From Auanema rhodensis (taxonomy: Eukaryota > Animalia > Nematoda): a stretch of DNA of 64,000 nucleotides. The translations under genes were made by a program, and so were the position numbers. Below are positions 18,487 through 33,400 of this stretch, piece by piece (the first letter of the stretch is position 1; every line of letters begins with the position of its first letter). Under the pieces are notes generated by a model. That model did no database searches and was not told the DNA's origin. It saw only the letters and a list, made by a program, of their open reading frames with translations. Location of the stretch: positions 17,236,001 to 17,300,000 of the forward strand of contig OZ059894.1 of the NCBI GenBank assembly GCA_964057225.1. Direction: 5' to 3'.

Positions 18487-21400
18487 GATTAATAATATTC
18501 AGTTAAAAATATATATGGAAAAGTAGGAGGTTCATCGTAGTGAATGGATATTTCAGGCCGAGTGGTCTAGTGGTATGATTCTCGCTTAGGGTGCGAGAGG
18601 TCCCGGGATCGATCCCCGGCTCGGCCCACATTTTAACATTTTGTTTCGAGAAGTGTACTTCTTCTTCGTATTTAGTGGAAGTTCTCTTGAAATTCAATTA
18701 ATTTTAAGCTTGAGTGTTCACCTATAAATATCAGATTGATAATATTCAGTTAAAAATATATATGGAAAAGTAGGAGGTTCATCGTAGTGAATGGATATTT
18801 CAGGCCGAGTGGTCTAGTGGTATGATTCTCGCTTAGGGTGCGAGAGGTCCCGGGATCGATCCCCGGCTCGGCCCACATTTTAACATTTTATTTCGAGAAG
18901 TGTACTTCTTCTTCGTATTTAGTGGAAGTTCTCTTGAAATTCAATTAATGTTGAGCTTTAGTAATCACCTATAGATATCAGATTAATAATATTCAGTTAA
19001 AAATAATTATGGAAACGTAGAAGGTTCATCGTAGTGAATGGATATTTCAGGCCGAGTGGTCTAGTGGTATGATTCTCGCTTAGGGTGCGAGAGGTCCCGG
19101 GATCGATCCCCGGCTCGGCCCACGTTTTAACATTTTTTTTCGAGAAGTGTACTTCTTCTTAGTATTTAGTGGAAGTTCTCTTGAAATTCAATTAATTTTA
19201 AGCTTGAGTGTTCACCTATAAATATCAGATTGATAATATTCAGTTAAAAATATATATGGAAAAGTAGGAGGTTCATCGTAGTGAATGGATATTTCAGGCC
19301 GAGTGGTCTAGTGGTATGATTCTCGCTTAGGGTGCGAGAGGTCCCGGGATCGATCCCCGGCTCGGCCCACGTTTTAACATTTTTTTTCGAGAAGTGTACT
19401 TCTTCTTCGTATTTAGTGGAAGTTCTCTTGAAATTCAATTAATGTTGAGATTTAGTATTCACCTATAGATATCAGATTAATAATATTCAGTTAAAAATAA
19501 TTATGGAAACGTAGAAGGTTCATCGTAGTGAATGGATATTTCAGGCCGAGTGGTCTAGTGGTATGATTCTCGCTTAGGGTGCGAGAGGTCCCGGGATCGA
19601 TCCCCGGCTCGGCCCACGTTTTAACATTTTTTTTCGAGAAGTGTACTTCTTCTTAGTATTTAGTGGAAGTTCTCTTGAAATTCAATTAATTTTAAGCTTG
19701 AGTGTTCACCTATAAATATCAGATTGATAATATTCAGTTAAAAATATATATGGAAAAGTAGGAGGTTCATCGTAGTGAATGGATATTTCAGGCCGAGTGG
19801 TCTAGTGGTATGATTCTCGCTTAGGGTGCGAGAGGTCCCGGGATCGATCCCCGGCTCGGCCCACATTTTAACATTTTGTTTCGAGAAGTGTACTTCTTCT
19901 TAGTATTTAATGGAAGTTCTCTTGAAAATCAATTAATTTTAAGCTTGAGTGTTCACCTATAAATATCAGATTGATAATATTCAGTTAAAAATATATATGG
20001 AAAAGTAGGAGGTTCATCGTAGTGAATGGATATTTCAGGCCGAGTGGTCTAGTGGTATGATTCTCGCTTAGGGTGCGAGAGGTCCCGGGATCGATCCCCG
20101 GCTCGGCCCACGTTTTAACATTTTTTTTCGAGAAGTGTACTTCTTCTTCGTATTTAGTGGAAGTTCTCTTGAAATTCAATTAATGTTGAGCTTTAGTATT
20201 CACCTATAGATATCAGATTAATAATATTCAGTTAAAAATAATTATGGAAACGTAGAAGGTTCATCGTAGTGAATGGATATTTCAGGCCGAGTGGTCTAGT
20301 GGTATGATTCTCGCTTAGGGTGCGAGAGGTCCCGGGATCGATCCCCGGCTCGGCCCACGTTTTAACATTTTTTTTCGAGAAGTGTACTTCTTCTTAGTAT
20401 TTAGTGGAAGTTCTCTTGAAATTCAATTAATTTTAAGCTTGAGTGTTCACCTATAAATATCAGATTGATAATATTCAGTTAAAAATATATATGGAAAAGT
20501 AGGAGGTTCATCGTAGTGAATGGATATTTCAGGCCGAGTGGTCTAGTGGTATGATTCTCGCTTAGGGTGCGAGAGGTCCCGGGATCGATCCCCGGCTCGG
20601 CCCACATTTTAACATTTTATTTCGAGAAGTGTACTTCTTCTTCGTATTTAGTGGAAGTTCTCTTGAAATTCAATTAATGTTGAGCTTTAGTAATCACCTA
20701 TAGATATCAGATTAATAATATTCAGTTAAAAATAATTATGGAAACGTAGAAGGTTCATCGTAGTGAATGGATATTTCAGGCCGAGTGGTCTAGTGGTATG
20801 ATTCTCGCTTAGGGTGCGAGAGGTCCCGGGATCGATCCCCGGCTCGGCCCACGTTTTAACATTTTTTTTCGAGAAGTGTACTTCTTCTTAGTATTTAGTG
20901 GAAGTTCTCTTGAAATTCAATTAATTTTAAGCTTGAGTGTTCACCTATAAATATCAGATTGATAATATTCAGTTAAAAATATATATGGAAAAGTAGGAGG
21001 TTCATCGTAGTGAATGGATATTTCAGGCCGAGTGGTCTAGTGGTATGATTCTCGCTTAGGGTGCGAGAGGTCCCGGGATCGATCCCCGGCTCGGCCCACG
21101 TTTTAACATTTTTTTTCGAGAAGTGTACTTCTTCTTCGTATTTAGTGGAAGTTCTCTTGAAATTCAATTAATGTTGAGATTTAGTATTCACCTATAGATA
21201 TCAGATTAATAATATTCAGTTAAAAATAATTATGGAAACGTAGAAGGTTCATCGTAGTGAATGGATATTTCAGGCCGAGTGGTCTAGTGGTATGATTCTC
21301 GCTTAGGGTGCGAGAGGTCCCGGGATCGATCCCCGGCTCGGCCCACGTTTTAACATTTTTTTTCGAGAAGTGTACTTCTTCTTAGTATTTAGTGGAAGTT

Positions 21401-24400
21401 CTCTTGAAATTCAATTAATTGTAAGCTTGAGTGTTCACCTATAAATATCAGATTGATAATATTCAGTTAAAAATATATATGGAAAAGTAGGAGGTTCATC
21501 GTAGTGAATGGATATTTCAGGCCGAGTGGTCTAGTGGTATGATTCTCGCTTAGGGTGCGAGAGGTCCCGGGATCGATCCCCGGCTCGGCCCACATTTTAA
21601 CATTTTGTTTCGAGAAGTGTACTTCTTCTTAGTATTTAATGGAAGTTCTCTTGAAAATCAATTAATTTTAAGCTTGAGTGTTCACCTATAAATATCAGAT
21701 TGATAATATTCAGTTAAAAATATATATGGAAAAGTAGGAGGTTCATCGTAGTGAATGGATATTTCAGGCCGAGTGGTCTAGTGGTATGATTCTCGCTTAG
21801 GGTGCGAGAGGTCCCGGGATCGATCCCCGGCTCGGCCCACGTTTTAACATTTTTTTTCGAGAAGTGTACTTCTTCTTCGTATTTAGTGGAAGTTCTCTTG
21901 AAATTCAATTAATGTTGAGCTTTAGTATTCACCTATAGATATCAGATTAATAATATTCAGTTAAAAATAATTATGGAAACGTAGAAGGTTCATCGTAGTG
22001 AATGGATATTTCAGGCCGAGTGGTCTAGTGGTATGATTCTCGCTTAGGGTGCGAGAGGTCCCGGGATCGATCCCCGGCTCGGCCCACGTTTTAACATTTT
22101 TTTTCGAGAAGTGTACTTCTTCTTAGTATTTAGTGGAAGTTCTCTTGAAATTCAATTAATTTTAAGCTTGAGTGTTCACCTATAAATATCAGATTGATAA
22201 TATTCAGTTAAAAATATATATGGAAAAGTAGGAGGTTCATCGTAGTGAATGGATATTTCAGGCCGAGTGGTCTAGTGGTATGATTCTCGCTTAGGGTGCG
22301 AGAGGTCCCGGGATCGATCCCCGGCTCGGCCCACATTTTAACATTTTGTTTCGAGAAGTGTACTTCTTCTTTGTATTTAGTTTAAGTTCTCTTGAAATTC
22401 AATTAATGTTGAGCTTTAGTATTCACCTATAGATATCAGATTAATAATATTCAATTAAAAATATATATGGAAAAGTAGAAGGTTCATCGTAGTGAATGGA
22501 TATTTCAGGCCGAGTGGTCTAGTGGTATGATTCTCGCTTAGGGTGCGAGAGGTCCCGGGATCGATCCCCGGCTCGGCCCACGTTTTAACATTTTTTTTCG
22601 AGAAGTGTACTTCTTCTTAGTATTTAGTGGAAGTTCTCTTGAAATTCAATTAATTTTAAGCTTTAGTGTTCACCTATAGATATCAGATTAATAATATTCA
22701 GTTAAAAATATATATGGAAAAGTAGGAGGTTCATCGTAGTGAATGGATATTTCAGGCCGAGTGGTCTAGTGGTATGATTCTCGCTTAGGGTGCGAGAGGT
22801 CCCGGGATCGATCCCCGGCTCGGCCCACATTTTAACATTTTATTTCGAGAAGTGTACTTCTTCTTCGTATTTAGTGGAAGTTCTCTTGAAATTCAATTAA
22901 TGTTGAGCTTTAGTATTCACCTATAGATATCAGATTAATAATATTCAGTTAAAAATAATTATGGAAACGTAGAAGGTTCATCGTAGTGAATGGATATTTC
23001 AGGCCGAGTGGTCTAGTGGTATGATTCTCGCTTAGGGTGCGAGAGGTCCCGGGATCGATCCCCGGCTCGGCCCACATTTTAACATTTTGTTCCGAGAAGT
23101 GTACTTATTCTTAGTATTTAGTTGAAGTTCTCTTGAAATTCAATCAATGTTGAGCTTTAGTATTCACCTATAGATATCAGATTAATAATATTCAGTTAAA
23201 CATATATATGGAAAAGTAGGAGGTTCATCGTAGTGAATGGATGTTTCAGGCCGAGTGGTCTAGTGGTATGATTCTCGCTTAGGGTGCGAGAGGTCCCGGG
23301 ATCGATCCCCGGCTCGGCCCACGTTTTAACATTTTTTTTCGAGAAGTGTACTTCTTCTTAGTATTTAGTGGAAGTTCTCTTGAAAATCAATTAATTTTAA
23401 GCTTGAGTGTCCACCTATAGATATCAGATTAATAATATTCAGTTAAAAATAATTATGGAAACGTAGAAGGTTCATCGTAGTGAATGGATATTTCAGGCCG
23501 AGTGGTCTAGTGGTATGATTCTCGCTTAGGGTGCGAGAGGTCCCGGGATCGATCCCCGGCTCGGCCCACGTTTTAACATTTTTTTTCGAGAAGTGTACTT
23601 CTTCTTCGTATTTAGTGGAAGTTCTCTTGAAATTCAATTAATGTTGAGCTTTAGTATTCACCTATAGATATCAGATTAATAATATTCAGTTAAAAATAAT
23701 TATGGAAACGTAGAAGGTTCATCGTAGTGAATGGATATTTCAGGCCGAGTGGTCTAGTGGTATGATTCTCGCTTAGGGTGCGAGAGGTCCCGGGATCGAT
23801 CCCCGGCTCGGCCCACGTTTTAACATTTTTTTTCGAGAAGTGTACTTCTTCTTAGTATTTAGTGGAAGTTCTCTTGAAATTCAATTAATTTTAAGCTTGA
23901 GTGTTCACCTATAAATATCAGATTGATAATATTCAGTTAAAAATATATATGGAAAAGTAGGAGGTTCATCGTAGTGAATGGATATTTCAGGCCGAGTGGT
24001 CTAGTGGTATGATTCTCGCTTAGGGTGCGAGAGGTCCCGGGATCGATCCCCGGCTCGGCCCACATTTTAACATTTTGTTTCGAGAAGTGTACTTCTTCTT
24101 AGTATTTAATGGAAGTTCTCTTGAAAATCAATTAATTTTAAGCTTGAGTGTTCACCTATAAATATCAGATTGATAATATTCAGTTAAAAATATATATGGA
24201 AAAGTAGGAGGTTCATCGTAGTGAATGGATATTTCAGGCCGAGTGGTCTAGTGGTATGATTCTCGCTTAGGGTGCGAGAGGTCCCGGGATCGATCCCCGG
24301 CTCGGCCCACGTTTTAACATTTTTTTCGAGAAGTGTACTTCTTCTTCGTATTTAGTGGAAGTTCTCTTGAAATTCAATTAATGTTGAGCTTTAGTATTCA

Positions 24401-27400
24401 CCTATAGATATCAGATTAATAATATTCAGTTAAAAATAATTATGGAAACGTAGAAGGTTCATCGTAGTGAATGGATATTTCAGGCCGAGTGGTCTAGTGG
24501 TATGATTCTCGCTTAGGGTGCGAGAGGTCCCGGGATCGATCCCCGGCTCGGCCCACGTTTTAACATTTTTTTTCGAGAAGTGTACTTCTTCTTAGTATTT
24601 AGTGGAAGTTCTCTTGAAATTCAATTAATTTTAAGCTTGAGTGTTCACCTATAAATATCAGATTGATAATATTCAGTTAAAAATATATATGGAAAAGTAG
24701 GAGGTTCATCGTAGTGAATGGATATTTCAGGCCGAGTGGTCTAGTGGTATGATTCTCGCTTAGGGTGCGAGAGGTCCCGGGATCGATCCCCGGCTCGGCC
24801 CACATTTTAACATTTTGTTTCGAGAAGTGTACTTCTTCTTCGTATTTAGTGGAAGTTCTCTTGAAATTCAATTAATGTTGAGCTTTAGTATTCACCTATA
24901 GATATCAGATTAATAATATTCAGTTAAAAATAATTATGGAAACGTAGAAGGTTCATCGTAGTGAATGGATATTTCAGGCCGAGTGGTCTAGTGGTATGAT
25001 TCTCGCTTAGGGTGCGAGAGGTCCCGGGATCGATCCCCGGCTCGGCCCACGTTTTAACATTTTTTTTCGAGAAGTGTACTTCTTCTTAGTATTTAGTGGA
25101 AGTTCTCTTGAAATTCAATTAATTTTAAGCTTTAGTATTCACCTATAGATATCAGATTAATAATATTCAGTTAAAAATAATTATGGAAACGTAGAAGGTT
25201 CATCGTAGTGAATGGATATTTCAGGCCGAGTGGTCTAGTGGTATGATTCTCGCTTAGGGTGCGAGAGGTCCCGGGATCGATCCCCGGCTCGGCCCACGTT
25301 TTAACATTTTTTTTCGAGAAGTGTACTTCTTCTTTGTATTTAGTTTAAGTTCTCTTGAAATTCAATTAATGTTGAGCTTTAGTATTCACCTATAGATATC
25401 AGATTAATAATATTCAATTAAAAATATATATGGAAAAGTAGAAGGTTCATCGTAGTGAATGGATATTTCTGGCCGAGTGGTCTAGTGGTATGATTCTCGC
25501 TTAGGGTGCGAGAGGTCCCGGGATCGATCCCCGGCTCGGCCCACGTTTTAACATTTTTTTTCGAGAAGTGTACTTCTTCTTAGTATTTAGTGGAAGTTCT
25601 CTTGAAATTCAATTAATTTTAAGCTTTAGTGTTCACCTATAGATATCAGATTAATAATATTCAGTTAAAAATATATATGGAAAAGTAGGAGGTTCATCGT
25701 AGTGAATGGATATTTCAGGCCGAGTGGTCTAGTGGTATGATTCTCGCTTAGGGTGCGAGAGGTCCCGGGATCGATCCCCGGCTCGGCCCACATTTTAACA
25801 TTTTATTTCGAGAAGTGTACTTCTTCTTCGTATTTAGTGGAAGTTCTCTTGAAATTCAATTAATGTTGAGCTTTAGTATTCACCTATAGATATCAGATTA
25901 ATAATATTCAGTTAAAAATAATTATGGAAACGTAGAAGGTTCATCGTAGTGAATGGATATTTCAGGCCGAGTGGTCTAGTGGTATGATTCTCGCTTAGGG
26001 TGCGAGAGGTCCCGGGATCGATCCCCGGCTCGGCCCACATTTTAACATTTTGTTCCGAGAAGTGTACTTATTCTTAGTATTTAGTTGAAGTTCTCTTGAA
26101 ATTCAATCAATGTTGAGCTTTAGTATTCACCTATAGATATCAGATTAATAATATTCAGTTAAACATATATATGGAAAAGTAGGAGGTTCATCGTAGTGAA
26201 TGGATGTTTTAGGCCGAGTGGTCTAGTGGTATGATTCTCGCTTAGGGTGCGAGAGGTCCCGGGATCGATCCCCGGCTCGGCCCACGTTTTAACATTTTTT
26301 TTCGAGAAGTGTACTTCTTCTTAGTATTTAGTGGAAGTTCTCTTGAAAATCAATTAATTTTAAGCTTGAGTGTTCACCTATAAATATCAGATTGATAATA
26401 TTCAGTTAAAAATATATATGGAAAAGTAGGAGATTCATCGTAGTGAATGGATATTTCAGGCCGAGTGGTCTAGTGGTATGATTCTCGCTTAGGGTGCGAG
26501 AGGTCCCGGGATCGATCCCCGGTTCGGCCCACATTTTAACATTTTGTTTCGAGAAGTGTACTTCTTCTTTGTATTTAGTTTAAGTTCTCTTGAAATTCAA
26601 TTAATTTTAAGCTTGAGTGTTCACCTATAAATATCAGATTGATAATATTCAGTTAAAAGTATATATGGAAAAGTAGGAGGTTCATCGTAGTGAATGGATA
26701 TTTCAGGCCGAGTGGTCTAGTGGTATGATTCTCGCTTAGGGTGCGAGAGGTCCCGGGATCGATCCCCGGCTCGGCCCACGTTTTAACATTTTTTTTCGAG
26801 AAGTGTACTTCTTCTTCGTATTTAGTGGAAGTTCTCTTGAAATTCAATTAATGTTGAGCTTTAGTATTCACCTATAGATATCAGATTAATAATATTCAGT
26901 TAAAAATAATTATGGAAACGTAGAAGGTTCATCGTAGTGAATGGATATTTCAGGCCGAGTGGTCTAGTGGTATGATTCTCGCTTAGGGTGCGAGAGGTCC
27001 CGGGATCGATCCCCGGCTCGGCCCACGTTTTAACATTTTTTTTCGAGAAGTGTACTTCTTCTTAGTATTTAGTGGAAGTTCTCTTGAAATTCAATTAATT
27101 TTAAGCTTGAGTGTTCACCTATAAATATCAGATTGATAATATTCAGTTAAAAATATATATGGAAAAGTAGGAGGTTCATCGTAGTGAATGGATATTTCAG
27201 GCCGAGTGGTCTAGTGGTATGATTCTCGCTTAGGGTGCGAGAGGTCCCGGGATCGATCCCCGGCTCGGCCCACATTTTAACATTTTGTTTCGAGAAGTGT
27301 ACTTCTTCTTCGTATTTAGTGGAAGTTCTCTTGAAATTCAATTAATGTTGAGCTTTAGTATTCACCTATAGATATCAGATTAATAATATTCAGTTAAAAA

Positions 27401-30400
27401 TAATTATGGAAACGTAGAAGGTTCATCGTAGTGAATGGATATTTCAGGCCGAGTGGTCTAGTGGTATGATTCTCGCTTAGGGTGCGAGAGGTCCCGGGAT
27501 CGATCCCCGGCTCGGCCCACGTTTTAACATTTTTTTTCGAGAAGTGTACTTCTTCTTAGTATTTAGTGGAAGTTCTCTTGAAATTCAATTAATTTTAAGC
27601 TTTAGTATTCACCTATAGATATCAGATTAATAATATTCAGTTAAAAATAATTATGGAAACGTAGAAGGTTCATCGTAGTGAATGGATATTTCAGGCCGAG
27701 TGGTCTAGTGGTATGATTCTCGCTTAGGGTGCGAGAGGTCCCGGGATCGATCCCCGGCTCGGCCCACGTTTTAACATTTTTTTTCGAGAAGTGTACTTCT
27801 TCTTTGTATTTAGTTTAAGTTCTCTTGAAATTCAATTAATGTTGAGCTTTAGTATTCACCTATAGATATCAGATTAATAATATTCAATTAAAAATATATA
27901 TGGAAAAGTAGAAGGTTCATCGTAGTGAATGGATATTTCAGGCCGAGTGGTCTAGTGGTATGATTCTCGCTTAGGGTGCGAGAGGTCCCGGGATCGATCC
28001 CCGGCTCGGCCCACGTTTTAACATTTTTTTTCGAGAAGTGTACTTCTTCTTAGTATTTAGTGGAAGTTCTCTTGAAATTCAATTAATTTTAAGCTTTAGT
28101 ATTCACCTATAGATATCAGATTAATAATATTCAGTTAAAAATAATTATGGAAACGTAGAAGGTTCATCGTAGTGAATGGATATTTCAGGCCGAGTGGTCT
28201 AGTGGTATGATTCTCGCTTAGGGTGCGAGAGGTCCCGGGATCGATCCCCGGCTCGGCCCACGTTTTAACATTTTTTTTCGAGAAGTGTACTTCTTCTTTG
28301 TATTTAGTTTAAGTTCTCTTGAAATTCAATTAATGTTGAGCTTTAGTATTCACCTATAGATATCAGATTAATAATATTCAATTAAAAATATATATGGAAA
28401 AGTAGAAGGTTCATCGTAGTGAATGGATATTTCTGGCCGAGTGGTCTAGTGGTATGATTCTCGCTTAGGGTGCGAGAGGTCCCGGGATCGATCCCCGGCT
28501 CGGCCCACGTTTTAACATTTTTTTTCGAGAAGTGTACTTCTTCTTAGTATTTAGTGGAAGTTCTCTTGAAATTCAATTAATTTTAAGCTTTAGTGTTCAC
28601 CTATAGATATCAGATTAATAATATTCAGTTAAAAATATATATGGAAAAGTAGGAGGTTCATCGTAGTGAATGGATATTTCAGGCCGAGTGGTCTAGTGGT
28701 ATGATTCTCGCTTAGGGTGCGAGAGGTCCCGGGATCGATCCCCGGCTCGGCCCACATTTTAACATTTTATTTCGAGAAGTGTACTTCTTCTTCGTATTTA
28801 GTGGAAGTTCTCTTGAAATTCAATTAATGTTGAGCTTTAGTATTCACCTATAGATATCAGATTAATAATATTCAGTTAAAAATAATTATGGAAACGTAGA
28901 AGGTTCATCGTAGTGAATGGATATTTCAGGCCGAGTGGTCTAGTGGTATGATTCTCGCTTAGGGTGCGAGAGGTCCCGGGATCGATCCCCGGCTCGGCCC
29001 ACATTTTAACATTTTGTTCCGAGAAGTGTACTTATTCTTAGTATTTAGTTGAAGTTCTCTTGAAATTCAATCAATGTTGAGCTTTAGTATTCACCTATAG
29101 ATATCAGATTAATAATATTCAGTTAAACATATATATGGAAAAGTAGGAGGTTCATCGTAGTGAATGGATGTTTCAGGCCGAGTGGTCTAGTGGTATGATT
29201 CTCGCTTAGGGTGCGAGAGGTCCCGGGATCGATCCCCGGCTCGGCCCACGTTTTAACATTTTTTTTCGAGAAGTGTACTTCTTCTTAGTATTTAGTGGAA
29301 GTTCTCTTGAAAATCAATTAATTTTAAGCTTGAGTGTTCACCTATAAATATCAGATTGATAATATTCAGTTAAAAATATATATGGAAAAGTAGGAGATTC
29401 ATCGTAGTGAATGGATATTTCAGGCCGAGTGGTCTAGTGGTATGATTCTCGCTTAGGGTGCGAGAGGTCCCGGGATCGATCCCCGGTTCGGCCCACATTT
29501 TAACATTTTGTTTCGAGAAGTGTACTTCTTCTTTGTATTTAGTTTAAGTTCTCTTGAAATTCAATTAATTTTAAGCTTGAGTGTTCACCTATAAATATCA
29601 GATTGATAATATTCAGTTAAAAGTATATATGGAAAAGTAGGAGGTTCATCGTAGTGAATGGATATTTCAGGCCGAGTGGTCTAGTGGTATGATTCTCGCT
29701 TAGGGTGCGAGAGGTCCCGGGATCGATCCCCGGCTCGGCCCACGTTTTAACATTTTTTTTCGAGAAGTGTACTTCTTCTTCGTATTTAGTGGAAGTTCTC
29801 TTGAAATTCAATTAATGTTGAGCTTTAGTATTCACCTATAGATATCAGATTAATAATATTCAGTTAAAAATAATTATGGAAACGTAGAAGGTTCATCGTA
29901 GTGAATGGATATTTCAGGCCGAGTGGTCTAGTGGTATGATTCTCGCTTAGGGTGCGAGAGGTCCCGGGATCGATCCCCGGCTCGGCCCACGTTTTAACAT
30001 TTTTTTTCGAGAAGTGTACTTCTTCTTAGTATTTAGTGGAAGTTCTCTTGAAATTCAATTAATTTTAAGCTTGAGTGTTCACCTATAAATATCAGATTGA
30101 TAATATTCAGTTAAAAATATATATGGAAAAGTAGGAGGTTCATCGTAGTGAATGGATATTTCAGGCCGAGTGGTCTAGTGGTATGATTCTCGCTTAGGGT
30201 GCGAGAGGTCCCGGGATCGATCCCCGGCTCGGCCCACATTTTAACATTTTGTTTCGAGAAGTGTACTTCTTCTTCGTATTTAGTGGAAGTTCTCTTGAAA
30301 TTCAATTAATGTTGAGCTTTAGTATTCACCTATAGATATCAGATTAATAATATTCAGTTAAAAATAATTATGGAAACGTAGAAGGTTCATCGTAGTGAAT

Positions 30401-33400
30401 GGATATTTCAGGCCGAGTGGTCTAGTGGTATGATTCTCGCTTAGGGTGCGAGAGGTCCCGGGATCGATCCCCGGCTCGGCCCACGTTTTAACATTTTTTT
30501 TCGAGAAGTGTACTTCTTCTTAGTATTTAGTGGAAGTTCTCTTGAAATTCAATTAATTTTAAGCTTTAGTATTCACCTATAGATATCAGATTAATAATAT
30601 TCAGTTAAAAATAATTATGGAAACGTAGAAGGTTCATCGTAGTGAATGGATATTTCAGGCCGAGTGGTCTAGTGGTATGATTCTCGCTTAGGGTGCGAGA
30701 GGTCCCGGGATCGATCCCCGGCTCGGCCCACGTTTTAACATTTTTTTTCGAGAAGTGTACTTCTTCTTTGTATTTAGTTTAAGTTCTCTTGAAATTCAAT
30801 TAATGTTGAGCTTTAGTATTCACCTATAGATATCAGATTAATAATATTCAATTAAAAATATATATGGAAAAGTAGAAGGTTCATCGTAGTGAATGGATAT
30901 TTCAGGCCGAGTGGTCTAGTGGTATGATTCTCGCTTAGGGTGCGAGAGGTCCCGGGATCGATCCCCGGCTCGGCCCACGTTTTAACATTTTTTTTCGAGA
31001 AGTGTACTTCTTCTTAGTATTTACTGGAAGTTCTCTTGAAATTCAATTAATTTTAAGCTTTAGTATTCACCTATAGATATCAGATTAATAATATTCAGTT
31101 AAAAATAATTATGGAAACGTAGAAGGTTCATCGTAATGAATGGATATTTCAGGCCGAGTGGTCTAGTGGTATGATTCTCGCTTAGGGTGCGAGAGGTCCC
31201 AGGATCGATCCCCGGCTCGGCCCACGTTTTAACATTTTTTTTCGAGAAGTGTACTTCTTCTTAGTATTTAGTGGAAGTTCTCTTGAAATTCAATTAATTT
31301 TAAGCTTGAGTGTTCACCTATAAATATCAGATTGATAATATTCAGTTAAAAATATATATGGAAAAGTAGGAGGTTCATCTTAGTGAATGAATATTTCAGG
31401 CCGAGTGGTCTAGTGGTATGATTCTCGCTTAGGGTGCGAGAGGTCCCGGGATCGATCCCCGGCTCGGCCCACGTTTTAACATTTTGTTTCGAGAAGTGTA
31501 CTTCTTCTTAGTATTTAGTGGAAGTTCTCTTGAAATTCAATTAATTTTAAGCTTGAGTGTTCACCTATAAATATCAGATTGATAATATTCAGTTAAAAAT
31601 ATATATGGAAAAGTAGGAGGTTCATCTTAGTGAATGGATATTTCAGGCCGAGTGGTCTAGTGGTATGATTCTCGCTTAGGGTGCGAGAGGTCCCGGGATC
31701 GATCCCCGGCTCGGCCCACGTTTTAACATTTTGTTTCGAGTAGTGTACTTCTTCTTAGTGTTTATTGGAAGTTCTCTTGAAATTCAATTAATTTTAAGCT
31801 TTAGTATTCACCTATAGATATCAGATTAATAATATTCAGTTAAAAATAATTATGGAAACGTAGAAGGTTCATCGTAGTGAATGGATATTTCAGGCCGAGT
31901 GGTCTAGTGGTATGATTCTCGCTTAGGGTGCGAGAGGTCCCGGGATCGATCCCCGGCTCGGCCCACGTTTTAACATTTTGTTTCGAGAAGTGTACTTCTT
32001 CTTCGTATTTAGTTCAAGTTTTCTTGAAGTTCAATTATTGTTGAGCTTTAGTATTCACCTATAGATATCAGATTAATAATATTCAGTTAAACATATATAT
32101 GGAAAAGTAGGAGGTTCATCGTAGTGAATGGATGTTTCAGGCCGAGTGGTCTAGTGGTATGATTCTCGCTTAGGGTGCGAGAGGTCCCAGGATCGATCCC
32201 CGGCTCGGCCCACGTTTTAACATTTTTTTTCGTGAAGTGTACTTCTTCTTAGTATTTAGTGGAAGTTCTCTTGAAATTCAATTAATTTTAAGCTTGAGTG
32301 TTCACCTATAAATATCAGATTGATAATATTCAGTTAAAAATATATATGGAAAAGTAGGAGGTTCATCTTAGTGAATGAATATTTCAGGCCGAGTGGTCTA
32401 GTGGTATGAATCTCGCTTAGGGTGCGAGAGGTCCCGGGATCGATCCCCGGCTCGGCCCACGTTTTAACATTTTGTTTCGAGAAGTGTACTTCTTCTTAGT
32501 ATTTAGTGGAAGTTCTCTTGAAATTCAATTAATTTTAAGCTTGAGTGTTCACCTATAAATATCAGATTGATAATATTCAGTTAAAAATATATATGGAAAA
32601 GTAGGAGGTTCATCTTAGTGAATGAATATTTCAGGCCGAGTGGTCTAGTGGTATGATTCTCGCTTAGGGTGCGAGAGGTCCCGGGATCGATCCCCGGCTC
32701 GGCCCACGTTTTAACATTTTTTTTCGAGAAGTGTACTTCTTCTTAGTATTTAGTGCAAGTTCTCTTGAAATTCAATTAATTTTAAGCTTGAGTGTTCACC
32801 TATAAATATCAGATTGATAATATTCAGTTAAAAATATATATGGAAACGTAGAAGGTTCATCTTAGTGAATGGATATTTCAGGCCGAGTGGTCTAGTGGTA
32901 TGATTCTCGCTTAGGGTGCGAGAGGTCCCGGGATCGATCCCCGGCTCGGCCCACGTTTTAACATTTTGTTTCGAGAAGTGTACTTCTTCTTAGTATTTAG
33001 TGCAAGTTCTCTTGAAATTTAATCAATGTGGAGCTTTAGTATTCACCTATAGATATCAGATTAATAATATTCAGTTAAAAATAATTATGGAAACGTAGAA
33101 GGTTCATCGTAGTGAATGGATATTTCAGGCCGAGTGGTCTAGTGGTATGATTCTCGCTTAGGGTGCGAGAGGTCCCGGGATCGATCCCCGGCTCGGCCCA
33201 CGTTTTAACATTTTTTTTCGAGAAGTGTACTTCTTCTTAGTATTTAGTGCAAGTTCTCTTGAAATTTAATCAATGTGGAGCTTTAGTATTCACCTATAGA
33301 TATCAGATTAATAATATTCAGTTAAAAATAATTATGGAAACGTAGAAGGTTCATCGTAGTGAATGGATATTTCAGGCCGAGTGGTCTAGTGGTATGATTC